Positions 28,680 to 41,367 of a DNA stretch of 64,000 nucleotides are shown one piece after another. The DNA comes from Eledone cirrhosa (Eukaryota). Where the stretch lies: assembly GCA_964016885.1 (NCBI GenBank), contig OZ024749.1, positions 16,120,001 through 16,184,000 on the forward strand, given 5' to 3'. A program made the position numbers and the translations under genes. Every line of letters begins with the position of its first letter. The stretch's first letter is position 1. The notes beneath the pieces were generated by a model. It did no database searches. It worked only from the letters and a program-made list of their open reading frames with translations, and had not been told where the DNA came from.

Positions 28680-29400
28680 ACGAAGGAATTGTGATAAGGA
28701 ACCAGATGGACCATAACGCACCAAAGTACTCAATACTTAGGGTAATAGTGGGTAATAGGAACAAGTATGACCCCGACGGCAGAGCTCGAGCCGTTTCGAC
28801 GGTTAATTCTGGACTAAATAAGAATTTAAGCCTGGTAAATTAATAGCCGAACTTCTCAGGGGTAATTCCATATATGGGAAGATAGTAATTGTCAAAAGGA
28901 TTCGTCAAAAATTTGTTGTAAAGACAGATGATTCTATCATGGCATTTAGTGGGAGGTAGGGGTAGCTGAACTTGCCGGTAGAACAAAGAGGGAGTGGGGG
29001 AAACCCAGTCAAGCGTTGAAAGTGAAATCTATACAGCATATTCTAAGGATAGTGTATAGGAGGTCGAAAAAAGGTACTGGAGTAGGGGAGGGGAAGGGGG
29101 CGTTGAAAAATAGGTAAATCGACAGGGAGTAAACAAAAAAGCCATTATAAAAATGAGGAAATAAATATATAAAAAATATAAAAAACAATTTCTGGTTACT
29201 ACTCCATCCCCAAAATCACCAAATCTCTCATTGGTATTGCTAAGCTATAGAAAAGTTTAATAGGTGGAGAGGAATACTAAATACGAGATTGTAGTGAAAG
29301 AATTTTATAAAGCCATCTTTACAGGGGGTCTAAATTCTTATTTAGTCCAGAATTAGCCGTCGAAACGGCTTGAGCTCTGCCGTCGGGGTCATACTTGTTC
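28679..29400 (-). mobile_element. Penelope pseudo-LTR-like element with an inverted ~70-bp partial terminal repeat
   Basis: 28759-28828 is the reverse complement of 29331-29400; ~500 bp internal sequence; (TA)n flanks; degenerate CTGAGAA...CGAAAC hammerhead-like motif on the minus strand near 28790-28860. Confidence 0.75.
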
Positions 29401-29669
29401 ATATATATATATATATATATATATACATTAAAATATATGATAAACACAAAACGTGTTTGCATTGTAACAGACAAAGTTAGCTATTAATGAAATAAACTAA
29501 TTAAAGTGAATACAATTTGTCTGTCTCGATATAAGTCAATAAAGACAAGTTTATATTGGCAAAGGCCGTGATTCCTGGACAAATCTAAATTTCAAAATCC
29601 AAACCCGCTCCGTAGATAAATTTGAACCTCGAAACCTAAATATGTTTACAATAAAAAAAGGTACAAAAG

Positions 29670-29800
29670 TCTTATTAGTTTCACGCTTTATATGGAAGAG
29701 GGGGAAGAAAGCTCGACGTGTTGGGTTTTAGTCCTTCTTCAGGCGTATAAAATAGAGATCACAAAGGATAGATACAGAAAATAAAAGGTAGTCGAAAGGA
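29670..29800 (-). mobile_element. Penelope-type 3' terminal fragment with a degenerate hammerhead
   Basis: Minus strand CTGAAGAAGGACT...ACGTC followed by AGCGTGAAACTAATAA, shared with 46731-46803. Confidence 0.55.
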
Positions 29801-29842
29801 CTATGACTGCTTCATTGGTAAGAAATCATCAGAAGATTTGTA

Positions 29843-30056
29843 AAGGTGCGTGGCTTAGTAGTTAGGTTGTGAGTTCGATTCCCTGCAGAGGTGCGTGTTT
29901 TGTCCTTGAGTAAAATTTGAGTAACATTATTGCATTTTTGTTCCAGTCAACTCAGCTAGAAATAATAAGTCACTGTGTCATGCTGAATCTCCCTGAGAAC
30001 TATGTTAAGGCCGCACATGCCTATGAAATGCTCAACAACCTGTATGCTATTTTCAT
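29843..30056 (+). mobile_element. tRNA-derived SINE, family B-related
   Basis: GGTGCGTGGCTTAGTAGTTAGG (A box), GAGTTCGATTCC (B box), GTCCTTGAG core. Confidence 0.75.
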
Positions 30057-30254
30057 GTAAAGATTTTTTTTTTCATTTCAATTTCTCACATAATGGCGAT
30101 AATGTTTCAGCGAAAACTCATCATATCTTCTCACTTGAAGCTTAGTGAACACACGCTTTGCTGGAACATTGAGGCCATGTTGTAAGTCATCAAATCAATT
30201 TACTGATACCTGTGTGTATGTATGGGGAGAGAGAGGGGAGGGGAAGAAAGCCAA

Positions 30255-30645
30255 AGACATACAGACAGATTGAAAGACAGACACAGACAGACAGACAGAC
30301 ACAGACAGACAGACATACACATACAGACAGACATACACAGACAGACAGACATACACATACAGACAGACAGACACAGACAGACAGACTCAGACAGACACAG
30401 ACGGACAGACAGACAGACACAGACAGACAGACTCAGACAGACACAGACAGACAGACATACACATACAGACAGACATACACAGACAGACAGACACAGTCAG
30501 ACACAGACAAACAGACAGACACAGACAGACACAGACAGACAGATACAGACACAGATAAAGACAGACAGACAGACACACAGACATACACAGACAACAAGAC
30601 AGACAGATACACACACAAACACAGACAGACAGATACACACACACA
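30255..30645. repeat. (GACA)n/(CA)n compound microsatellite
   Basis: Direct observation. Confidence 0.9.
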
Positions 30646-30769
30646 CAACAACAAGAGAGAGAGAGAGTATGACAGACACTCGGGTCGTTAATTCAAATTC
30701 TATTTCTGTTAATTACCTCAGAAATTAAATATTTGTCATTTGTAGTGATTGATATCCTGTAGTTTTAAT

Positions 30770-31670
30770 TAAATCATCATCAACATCAACATCATCAACG
30801 TCGTCATCATCAACAACATGAACATCATCATCACCATCGTCATCATTATCCCTCATCAACGCCATTGCAATCACAACCACAACCACCACCACCATCACCA
30901 CCATCATCATCACTACCACCACCACGATCACCACCCACACCATCATCACCACCACCCCTACCATCACCACTACCACCACCTCCATCACCACCACCACCCC
31001 ACCAACACCATTGCCACCACCAACACCACTACCAACACCAACACCACCACTACTACCACCACCACTACCAAAAACACCACCACCAACAACAACAACACCA
31101 TTACCACAACCAACACCAACAACACCAACAACAACAACACCAACAACAACAACAACACCAACAACAACACCAACAACAACAACACCAACAACAACACCAA
31201 CAACACCAACAACACCAACAACAACAACAACAACAACAACAACACCAAAAACACCACCACCAACAACAACAACACCATTACCACAACCAACACCAACAAC
31301 ACCAACAACAACAACACCAACAACAACAACAACACCAACAACAACACCAACAACAACAACACCAACAACAACACCAACAACAACAACAACAACACCAACA
31401 ACACCAACAACAACAACAACAACAACAACAACACCAACACCAACAACACCAACAACACCAACAACAACACCAACAACACCAACAACAACACCAACAACAC
31501 CAACAACACCAACAACACCAACAACACCAACAACAACACCAACAACACCAACACCAACAACACCAACAATAACAACAACACCAACAACAACACCAACAAC
31601 ACCAACAACACCAACAACAACAACAACAACACCAACAACAACAACACCAATAACAATAAAAACAACAATA
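30770..31670. repeat. (CAT)n/(CAC)n/(CAA)n trinucleotide array
   Basis: Direct observation. Confidence 0.92.
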
Positions 31671-31722
31671 TTAGATGCCATCAATATTGTCGATGTTATT
31701 AATTTATGCCCTAAGGACAGGT

Positions 31723-31754
<32 letters not shown>

Positions 31755-31834
31755 TAGTTAGATAGATATATATACGTATATATATATGTGTATATATATA
31801 TACACATATATATATATACATATATATATATCTA

Positions 31835-31903
<69 letters not shown>

Positions 31904-32177
31904 ATATATATATGTGTATATATATGTGTGTTTTTGTGTGTGTATACAGACACACATACACAAATACGCAATATGTATATACATATGGGTATGTGTGTAT
32001 GTATATGCATATATAAATATACACAAACGTATATTTATATTTATACACACACGCACACATACATATATATACATATATATACATATATATACATATATAT
32101 ATTTACAATATAATTATCTGTTTACTTCACCAAACTCCACACTAATCTACAAATTGAGGACAGTATACATATATTTA

Positions 32178-32239
<62 letters not shown>

Positions 32240-32531
32240 TATATAAGTATGTAGACATATTCCAGTGTTTGTTTTGTTTTGTTTCATTTATTAACTATAT
32301 ATATATATACATATTATATATATATATATACATACATACATACATATATGTGGACATAGCCATACATACATACATACATACATACATACATACATACAGT
32401 GAAGATCTATAGACAAACTAAGGCATCTTTCATTAGTTGATTAAATGTTTGTATAAGACACTGTATCGGTCTGATCTTGAAGAATTGGTCTTTGAGAAAT
32501 AAACAACAGATTGGTATCAGTTCCATTAGAT

Positions 32532-32577
<46 letters not shown>

Positions 32578-32744
32578 TGGTTGATTGATAGATAGAGAGG
32601 GGGGCTGCAGGTAGGTAGGTAGGTAGATAGGTAGGTAGTTAGGTAGGTAGGTAGGTAGGTAGGTAGGTAGGTAGGTAGGTCGATAGGTAGATAGATAGGT
32701 AGATAGATAGGTAGATAGATAGATAGATTGATAGATAGATAGAT

Positions 32745-33105
32745 TTTTTTATTTGCCACAAGGGCACACAAAAAAAGGGGACAATACAAAGACATGCCGG
32801 GGAATTTAGATACAGTCGTATAAAAAATATAAAACAAACAATTATAAGAATCGAAATCCCCAATAGGGGGGGGGGGACGCGTTACAAATTGGTTGTTTAA
32901 TACCCCGTCGATAGAACAACCCTCAACTTCAGGAGCGTGTTGTGCAAGTGCTCCTTTCTTCCTTTTGCTCTCTTCTTCAACCTACAGGCTTATAAACAGA
33001 GAAGGCCCAATCACTCGGGCCATTTTTGTCACATTCACCCACCTTTCAGTAAATTTACTGGATGCCTCTCTCTCCACTCTGATTCTCCTTCTAAAGTGCA
33101 TAGAT
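32745..33105 (-). mobile_element. 3' end of the L1/Tx1 family (ORF2 C-terminus plus UTR)
   Basis: Minus strand encodes HFRRRIRVEREASSKFTERWVNVTKMARVIGPSL, homologous to HLERKVRVERE...KRWVNVARMARVNGPTL at 42832-42950. Confidence 0.85.
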
Positions 33106-33274
33106 AGATAGATAATTTTCTTTTTATTTGTCACCAGGGCATCAAAAAGTGGAACAAGTACAAAGGGAGGAGTTTACATGCAAAGGCGTCCTCAATAAGG
33201 AGGAGGCAATAACAAGATATAAAATTATTAAAAAAAAAAAAGATATATAGAGAGAGATTGATAGATATATGTAT

Positions 33275-33328
<54 letters not shown>

Positions 33329-33734
33329 AGGGGTGGGGAGAGATGCATCGATAGATAGGTGGTTAGAAAGTAGTGGCGGCAGTGATAGAGAGAAAGAGCA
33401 ACTGAGAGGAGAAGAGAGAGAGATAAGATAAAGCCAGCTTCTAATATAATCTTTGGCCTTTCTTTATATCTAATATTTCAGTTGGTTCATCCCCCAGGCG
33501 TGTTCAGGTGCCTTATTACATTTACCATAACAGGAGAGTAGATGGACCTCCGTCAATTGCAACAATGACTACTTGACATGTACGGTCAACAGAATGGCAT
33601 ATAGTGTTAAATGAACTTGACAAGGTTGACACTTTGAATTACTGTCACAACACTCCCTCTCTTCCTCATTCTCTCTCTCTTCAATCTGTGTTCATATATG
33701 TATGTATGTACGTATGTACGTATGTATGTGTGTG

Positions 33735-33788
<54 letters not shown>

Positions 33789-33792
33789 TGTG

Positions 33793-33860
33793 TCGGGTAG
33801 ACCAAAAATGTATCCACACTTCAACAGCGTTCCAATAAATATTGCCTCTACAGGTTCACC

Positions 33861-33865
<5 letters not shown>
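33793..33865. mobile_element. ~80-bp mariner-type MITE, diverged
   Basis: CCAAAAATGTATCCACACTTCAACAGC...CACCCTG-TA. Confidence 0.6.
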
Positions 33866-33906
<41 letters not shown>

Positions 33907-33910
<4 letters not shown>

Positions 33911-34334
33911 TCAACATTCTTGTGTAGCACCCATCCACCATCTGAGTGAGTTTCATGGTCAGTGTCCAAGTCTCAGACCCATACAGCAGCACAGACTCCA
34001 CTACAGCAATGAAGAGGCGGACTTTCAGGTCTCTACGAAGGTCCGACTTCCACACCGATCTCAAGCTGTGGCACGCCGCCCAGGCCTTGCTCTTCCTCTC
34101 AACCACATCATCTTCCGTATTCCCAATCTTTGCTCCCAAATACAGGAAGCCCTCAACCAATTCTAGCGGCTTCCCGCCTACATTAGTGATCCTCTCTAGA
34201 AGAGGAAGACCAAGGTTAACGTATGTTGATGCCCTAAGGACAGACACTTGTCTGTTGGAGACGCAGGACATGGCAGCGATGATGAGGGACAGAGACCGCT
34301 GGAGAGAACTCGTCCATGGAATTTTACCCGCCTT

Positions 34335-34335
<1 letters not shown>
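33907..34335. mobile_element. 5'-inverted RTE LINE fragment (33907-34197 minus, 34198-34335 plus)
   Basis: Minus part encodes FLYLG...VESVLLYGSETWTL...TRMLR; plus part encodes RGRPRLTYVDAL...DRDRWR; flanked by (TA)n. Confidence 0.9.
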
Positions 34336-34408
<73 letters not shown>

Positions 34409-34430
34409 AGAGAGAGACAGAGAAAGATGT

Positions 34431-34466
<36 letters not shown>

Positions 34467-34472
34467 AAGATG

Positions 34473-34531
<59 letters not shown>

Positions 34532-34727
34532 AACCAAAAATAGTAGAAATGTTGGGTATTTATATTTTATTCCAGCAACTCCTGTCTTAAACAGTAAATC
34601 TAGATCTAGGATCATATTACTTTAAATATCCACCTTACTACTTAACTCCTTACCTTTAATCAATTATCCCGCCTACTAAACTGTCTACCTGGCCCCTTCC
34701 TTAATCTCTTTGCCGACATCCCATCAG

Positions 34728-35950
34728 TATCACTACCAACATGACCACTACCACCACTACCACTATCACTAACATCACCTGCACTACCACCACCACCACT
34801 ATCATTACCATCACTACCAACACCACCACCTCTAACACCACTACCACTACCACCACTATCACTAACACAGCCACTACCACTACCACCACTATCACTAACA
34901 TCACCTGCACTACCACCACCACCACTATCATTACCATCACTACCAACACCACCACCTCTAACACCACTACCACTACCACCACTATCACTAACACAGCCAC
35001 TACCACTACCACCATTATCACTAACACTACCTGCACTACCACCACCACCACTATCATTACCATCACTACCAACACCACCACCTCTAACACCACTACCACT
35101 ACCATCACTATCACAGCCACTACCACCACCACTACCACTACCACCATTATCACTAACACTACCTGCACTACCACCACCACTAGCACTACCATCACTACCA
35201 CTGCCACTAACACCATCATTAACATCACCTGCACTACCACTAACACCACTACCGCTACCATTCCGACCACCACCACTACCATCCCTAACACTACCACCAC
35301 CACTACCATCACCACCACCACTGCCATCACCACCACCAATAACAACGCCAACACCATCATCACCACTACTACTACCATCACGACCACCACCACTACCATC
35401 ACCACCACCAATAACAACGTCAACACCATCACCACCACACCATCACTACCACTAACACCACCTCACCACCACTACCACTACCACCACCACCACCACCACA
35501 CCACCACTAACACTACCACCACCACTACCATCACCACCACCACTGCCATCACCACCACCAATAACAACGCCAACACCATCATCACCACTACTACTACCAT
35601 CACGACCACCACCACTACCATCACCACCACCAATAACAACGTCAACACCATCACCACCACACCATCACTACCACTAACACCACCTCACCACCACTACCAC
35701 TACCACCACCACCACACCACCACTAACACTACCACCACCACTACCACCACCACCACACCATCACTACCACTAACACCACCACTACCACTACCACCACCAC
35801 CACCACACCACCACTAACACTACCACCACCACTACCATCACCACCACACCATCACTACCACTAACACCACCTCACCACCACTGCCACTACCACCACCACC
35901 ACACCAGCACTAGCACCACCACTACTACCATCACCATCACCATCACACCA
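34728..35950. repeat. (CAC/TAC/CAT)n array with ~126-bp and ~220-bp higher-order duplications
   Basis: AACATCACCTGCAC at 34771 and 34897; ATAACAACGCCAACACC block duplicated. Confidence 0.88.
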
Positions 35951-36085
35951 CCACCCAGTAATCTCCCACATCACTCCACAATCCCCCCGCCCCCACCTAA
36001 TGTTTATTGCCTGATGCCTCCATTGTATTTGTCGATAATTATACTGAAGAAGAAGATGATGATGATATATGTATATACACACATA

Positions 36086-36155
<70 letters not shown>

Positions 36156-36183
36156 ATATTATATATATAAATGTATGTATATA

Positions 36184-36239
<56 letters not shown>

Positions 36240-36253
36240 GTATACATATATAC

Positions 36254-36289
<36 letters not shown>

Positions 36290-36291
36290 GT

Positions 36292-36365
<74 letters not shown>

Positions 36366-36379
36366 GTATACATATATAC

Positions 36380-36415
<36 letters not shown>

Positions 36416-36429
36416 GTATACATATATAC

Positions 36430-36479
<50 letters not shown>

Positions 36480-36519
36480 ACATATATATATATATATATA
36501 TATATGTATACATATATAC

Positions 36520-36578
<59 letters not shown>

Positions 36579-36676
36579 TCGCAATCAGATATGTACGTTT
36601 TAATTACACATATTTAATGCGTTAAGTACCTGAGATTTTTGTGGGCTATATATATATATATATATATACACATATA

Positions 36677-36755
36677 TACAGGGTGTCCCAAAACATGTAT
36701 ACACACATTTATTAGAATGCTGTTGAAGTGTGTATACATTTTTAGGGGACCCTGT
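36677..36755. mobile_element. ~80-bp Tc1/mariner-type MITE (best copy)
   Basis: TA-CAGGGTGTCCCAAAACATGTATACACACTT...AAGTGTGTATACATTTTTAGGGGACCCTG-TA: long TIRs with TA target sites. Confidence 0.85.
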
Positions 36756-36758
36756 AAT

Positions 36759-36872
<114 letters not shown>

Positions 36873-37188
36873 CATACATAGATATACACACACAAAAACA
36901 CACTCATTTCTAGTTAGTTCCCAATGAAACCAATAAACAATAATATGAATCAGTTTACCAGTGAACATAGCTGAGCTATTAAAACAAATCCTAACATTAG
37001 ATTCCTATTTCCCAATATTTCTTTTGGAACAATCTGGCAGAAATGGTAAACATTAGTGGATAGTATATGTAACTGAATGTATATACATTTGTTAATATAT
37101 TGTATATTTACTCCAATAATTTGAGTACTTTATATCAGTTATAAAAATATTTTTCTTGTTGTATCCCAACAAATTAAATATAACCTCT

Positions 37189-37255
<67 letters not shown>

Positions 37256-37351
37256 TGTAATAACTAATTAGCTCTGTAACCTACATAGAGCACTCTTTTT
37301 TTCCTGGACATTTCCGACGGAATTACTTCATTCACACACACATATATATAT

Positions 37352-37527
37352 AGTGGTGGAACACTGGAAGGTAATATCCGTAGTGGTAGAGCACTCAGTC
37401 CAAGGGACGAATTAGGTAGAAGTAGTTACACAACAGTTAGTTCACCATACCTAGCTTAAGATCCGCTAAGGTATGGTAAACTAACTGTTCTCGGTATGGT
37501 GAACTAACTGTTGTGTAACCACTTCTA
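37352..37527 (-). mobile_element. Short fold-back insertion within (TA)n
   Basis: TAGAAGTAGTTACACAACAGTTAGTTCACCATACC (~37418-37451) is inverted at ~37493-37527, with an extra partial arm in between. Confidence 0.7.
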
Positions 37528-37621
37528 TATATATATATATATATGAAAGACGTAAATAAGAAAGTTATGAAAATTGACTTACTTACTAAAAGAAAGTTAT
37601 AAAAATTGACTTACTTACTAA

Positions 37622-37663
<42 letters not shown>

Positions 37664-37687
37664 TGAGAGAGAGAGTGAGAGAGAGGG

Positions 37688-37770
<83 letters not shown>

Positions 37771-37929
37771 GGGAGATAGAGAGAGAGGAGAGTGCGTATG
37801 TGTGTGCGAGTGTATGTGCAAAAAAATAAGTGAAAAAGCAGCACACGGGAAAGATACAATAGTTTAACGCTTGATATAGTAGAGAAAAGATCTTGGTGGA
37901 CGATAGGAGTTTCAGTATTAAGAAGATAT

Positions 37930-38135
37930 TTCAACAAATGTTAGACCCCAAAATATTGAAGAGTGATATGCAAAGAACCCGTATGAAAAAAAAAATAGCA
38001 GGAGGCTAAATGGAAATAACGAACCAGTATTAAATATTTTTGGTATGCTTTTGAATATTTACTCTAGAAGTGGGCGGTGGAAAATGTTTCCATGTGAAAG
38101 TGGGTGGGGCGCAAAAAACGGTTGGGAACCCTTGG
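37930..38135. mobile_element. Possible hAT/Charlie-type DNA transposon end
   Basis: Ends AAAAAACGGTTGGGAACCCTTG, resembling the AAAAGGTTGGGAACCCCTG terminus; the other terminus was not found. Confidence 0.4.
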
Positions 38136-38147
38136 TGTAAACGGAAG

Positions 38148-38270
38148 CTAAGTGAAATGAAGTGCCTCGCTCAAGGACACAATACACTGTCCGGTTCAGA
38201 GATCGAACGCATGACCATACAATCCCTACAGCCCAAGATCAATACTTTAACCACTTTAACCATGCACCTG
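38148..38270 (-). mobile_element. SINE family B, 5' half, diverged
   Basis: GAAATGAAGTGCCTCGCTCAAGGACACAA...TAACCACT. Confidence 0.7.
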
Positions 38271-39784
38271 CTGTGTTTATTGACTAAGTCTCCTTTGTAG
38301 TTTGAAGACCAATACCGTTCGGCAGTCAACATTTTTCCTTTCAACTTTCCGGGTGGGGTGGAGCAGGGTGGGTTGGGTGCGTTGTAGTAGGGTGGTTTTA
38401 GGTGGCCTGGAGTGGGGTAGTGTGATGGGTGATGAAATAATTTGATAAATGATGGTAGATTTAATTTGTCACCCGGTTTAATCCCGACCACTTCGACGTC
38501 TTTAGAAGTGCAATGCGCCATCTTGCCAGCATTCGTACCACCCGTTCCGCACCGGATCTGGAACCTCCCCCACCACTTTACGATAATGAGATATGAAACC
38601 AGCACACACACCTCACCCCACCCCTGTGACACTCACCATCATCATCATCACCATCAATAATTACTTAATTAATTAGTTATTCAATAAATTAAGTTCATCT
38701 ACTACATATTTTCTTCACAACCAAACACAAGACGCTTTAAGCATTTTTAACTAATTTTTTTTTCTATTTCTACCGATTAAAAACTATTTTATATATTTAT
38801 ATATATTTATATATATTTATATTATTTTATCTTCCACTGGTGCCCCTCCCTCACGACATCCTTCCTAAACTGAAATCACGCTGTCATTCAGTCACTTTTA
38901 TTCATTTATTTTTCTCTGCTTTTTTTTCTCTCTTTTCTCTTTGTCGTGTGTTCATGTATTGTTTTTTCCTGTTTTTTTTTGTTTACTTTTTGGGGGAGCG
39001 GGGGACCTGGGGATTTCGTTTCGTTTTTTTTCTTTCTTTTTCTTTCATATTTATTTCCTTCTTTGCGGTGGATTTTGTAAGGGGCTTTTTGCTGTTGTTC
39101 TGGGCGGGTTTGGGAGCGGAATTATTTATTTATTTAAGTATTTATTTATTTTTAGAATTCTGTAATATACTTTTTGTCATGTTTGCATGTGTTGTTTTTA
39201 CCTTATTTTTTTCGTTTCGTTATTTTTTTTTGTTTGTTTTACTTTTTATATTTTTATATTTGTTTGTTTCTTTGTGGTGTCTTTTGGAGAGAAGGTATTT
39301 ATTTATTTGTTTATTTATTCATTTATTTATTTTTTGATTCCTGTAATATTATTTCCGAACGTGTTTTCTTGTTGCTTCCCTCTTTGATAATTGTCTTAAG
39401 CGAATAAACTGGAAATTGCTTCTGTATAATTTCATTGTTCAAATAAAATCTGAGGAATTTGTATGGGAGAAAGTGGAGGAGGAGGAGGGTGGAGAGAGAG
39501 AGATGGGAGAGAGAGAAGAGAAAGAAGGAGAAAGATAGAAAAGTGGAGGGAGAGAGGAGAGAGATATAAAGAGAGAGAGAAAGGAGAGAGAGACAGGAGA
39601 GAGATGGAGAGAGAAAGAGATGGGGAGAGATATAGAAAAAGAGAGCTGGAGAGACATGGAGAGAGGGGAGAATAGAGAGGGAGGGAGAGAGAGTGAAAGA
39701 GAGTTGTGTGGAGAATGAGAGAGGATTGAACTATAGGAAGGTAAATCGGAACCAATAAAAACTGTTAATAACAATGATAATAAT

Positions 39785-40160
39785 AATTGTTTCTACAATA
39801 GACACAAGGCCAGCAATTATCCCAGTGTATTACTGGTACTTTATTTTATCGACCCCTTTGCCTTTCATCCTTATGGATGAAAGGCAAAGCTAGCCTCGGC
39901 GAGATTTGAACTCAGAACGTAAAAGGCCATAACTCTATGCTACAAAGCATGGTGTCTTACCCTCAACCGATTCTGCCAAAAATAATGACGTTTCTACTTT
40001 TGGCACAAGGCCAGCAATTACCCAGTACATTACTGGTACTTTATTTTATCGACCCCTTAAGGATGAAAGGCAAAGTCAACTTCGGCGGGATTTGAGCTCA
40101 GACCATAAAGGGACGTAACTATGCTGGAAAGCATGGCGTCTGCCCCGATATTACCAATCC
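39785..40160 (-). mobile_element. Two tandem SINE family A copies (39785-39979 and 39990-40160)
   Basis: Both are reverse-complement matches to 43243-43430. Confidence 0.9.
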
Positions 40161-40958
40161 ATAATAATGATAATGAATATAGGATAATAATAAATTTATA
40201 ACAACAATAACAATGATGATGGTGATGATGGTGATGATGATGATGGTAACAGGATGGTGATTATAATGATGATGATGATGATGATAAATAATGAAAAAGT
40301 CAGCAAGGCCTCAATATGGCCGCCAAGGGAACGTGTGTACGTGTGTGTGTTTGTGTGTGTGTATATATATGTATCTGAGTGTATGTATGTGTGTGTATGT
40401 GTGAGTGTGTGTGTGTCAGTGTGTGTATATGTGTCAGTGTGTATGTGTGTGTATATGTGTGTGAGTGTACGTGTGTGTGTGTGTTGTATGTGTGTGTGAG
40501 TGTACGTATGTGTGTGTGAGTGTACGTGTGTGTGTGCGTGTGTGTATGTGTGTGTGTGTATGTGTGTGCATGTGTGTGTATGTGTGTTAGTGTGTGTTGT
40601 ATTTGTGTATGGGTGTGAGTGTACTTGTGTATGTGCGTGTGTGTTGTATGTGTGAGTGAGTGTGTGTGTGTGTTTATATTACCTTCCAAACAGGAGAGCA
40701 CGTGTAGAGGGGAGGTAGTTAATGCAATATAAGGATGTACAATTGTAGAAATATATAGTAGGACTACTGAGATGGTGGTGGGGATAGTGGGGATGGTAGG
40801 GGTGGTGGGGATGGTAGGGGGTGAGGATGGTGGTGACAATAGTGGTAGTGGTAATGGTGGTAGTGGTGGTGGTGGTGGTAGTGGTAATAGTGGCAGTGGT
40901 GGTAGTATTATAGTAGTGGTGATGGTTGTGACAATAGTAGTAGTGTTAGTGGTAACAC

Positions 40959-40996
<38 letters not shown>

Positions 40997-41367
40997 CAGT
41001 AGTAGTCCTGGTGGTGGTAGTGGTGGTGGTAGTGGTAGTGGTAGTGGTGGTAGTGGTATCAGTGGTGGTGTTGTTGTCATTTCTCACGAAATAAAATCAA
41101 TTTTCTCTTTCTGTTCCTCACTGATTCCATTCTGTGACCTTTCTTGAACTTGACTGACAACATACAATACATCGACATATATGTATGTATGTATATATAT
41201 AAATGTGTGTGTGTGTGTCTATTTATTTATATATGTATGTATGTGTGTATATATTGCATGTGTGTGTATATATATATATTTATTTATTTATTAAAATAAC
41301 AGATTAAAGTTTAAGCAAAGAATCGCTGCTTTCACCCAAAACGGGATATTCTGAAACTTATTATTAC

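Noticed and set aside
30110-30182. Possible + strand exon (tttcag|CGAAAA...ATGTT|gtaagt)
   Set aside because: Weak polypyrimidine tract, no recognisable peptide and no supporting + strand exons
30818-31757. PolyQ/polyN/Thr-Pro ORFs
   Set aside because: Trinucleotide array open in several frames on both strands; no splice signals or unique domain
34741-35817. 358-aa Thr-rich mucin-like ORF
   Set aside because: Degenerate (CAC)n repeat with no signal peptide or domain context
38840-39407. Phe/Leu-rich 'membrane protein' ORFs
   Set aside because: T-rich low-complexity sequence
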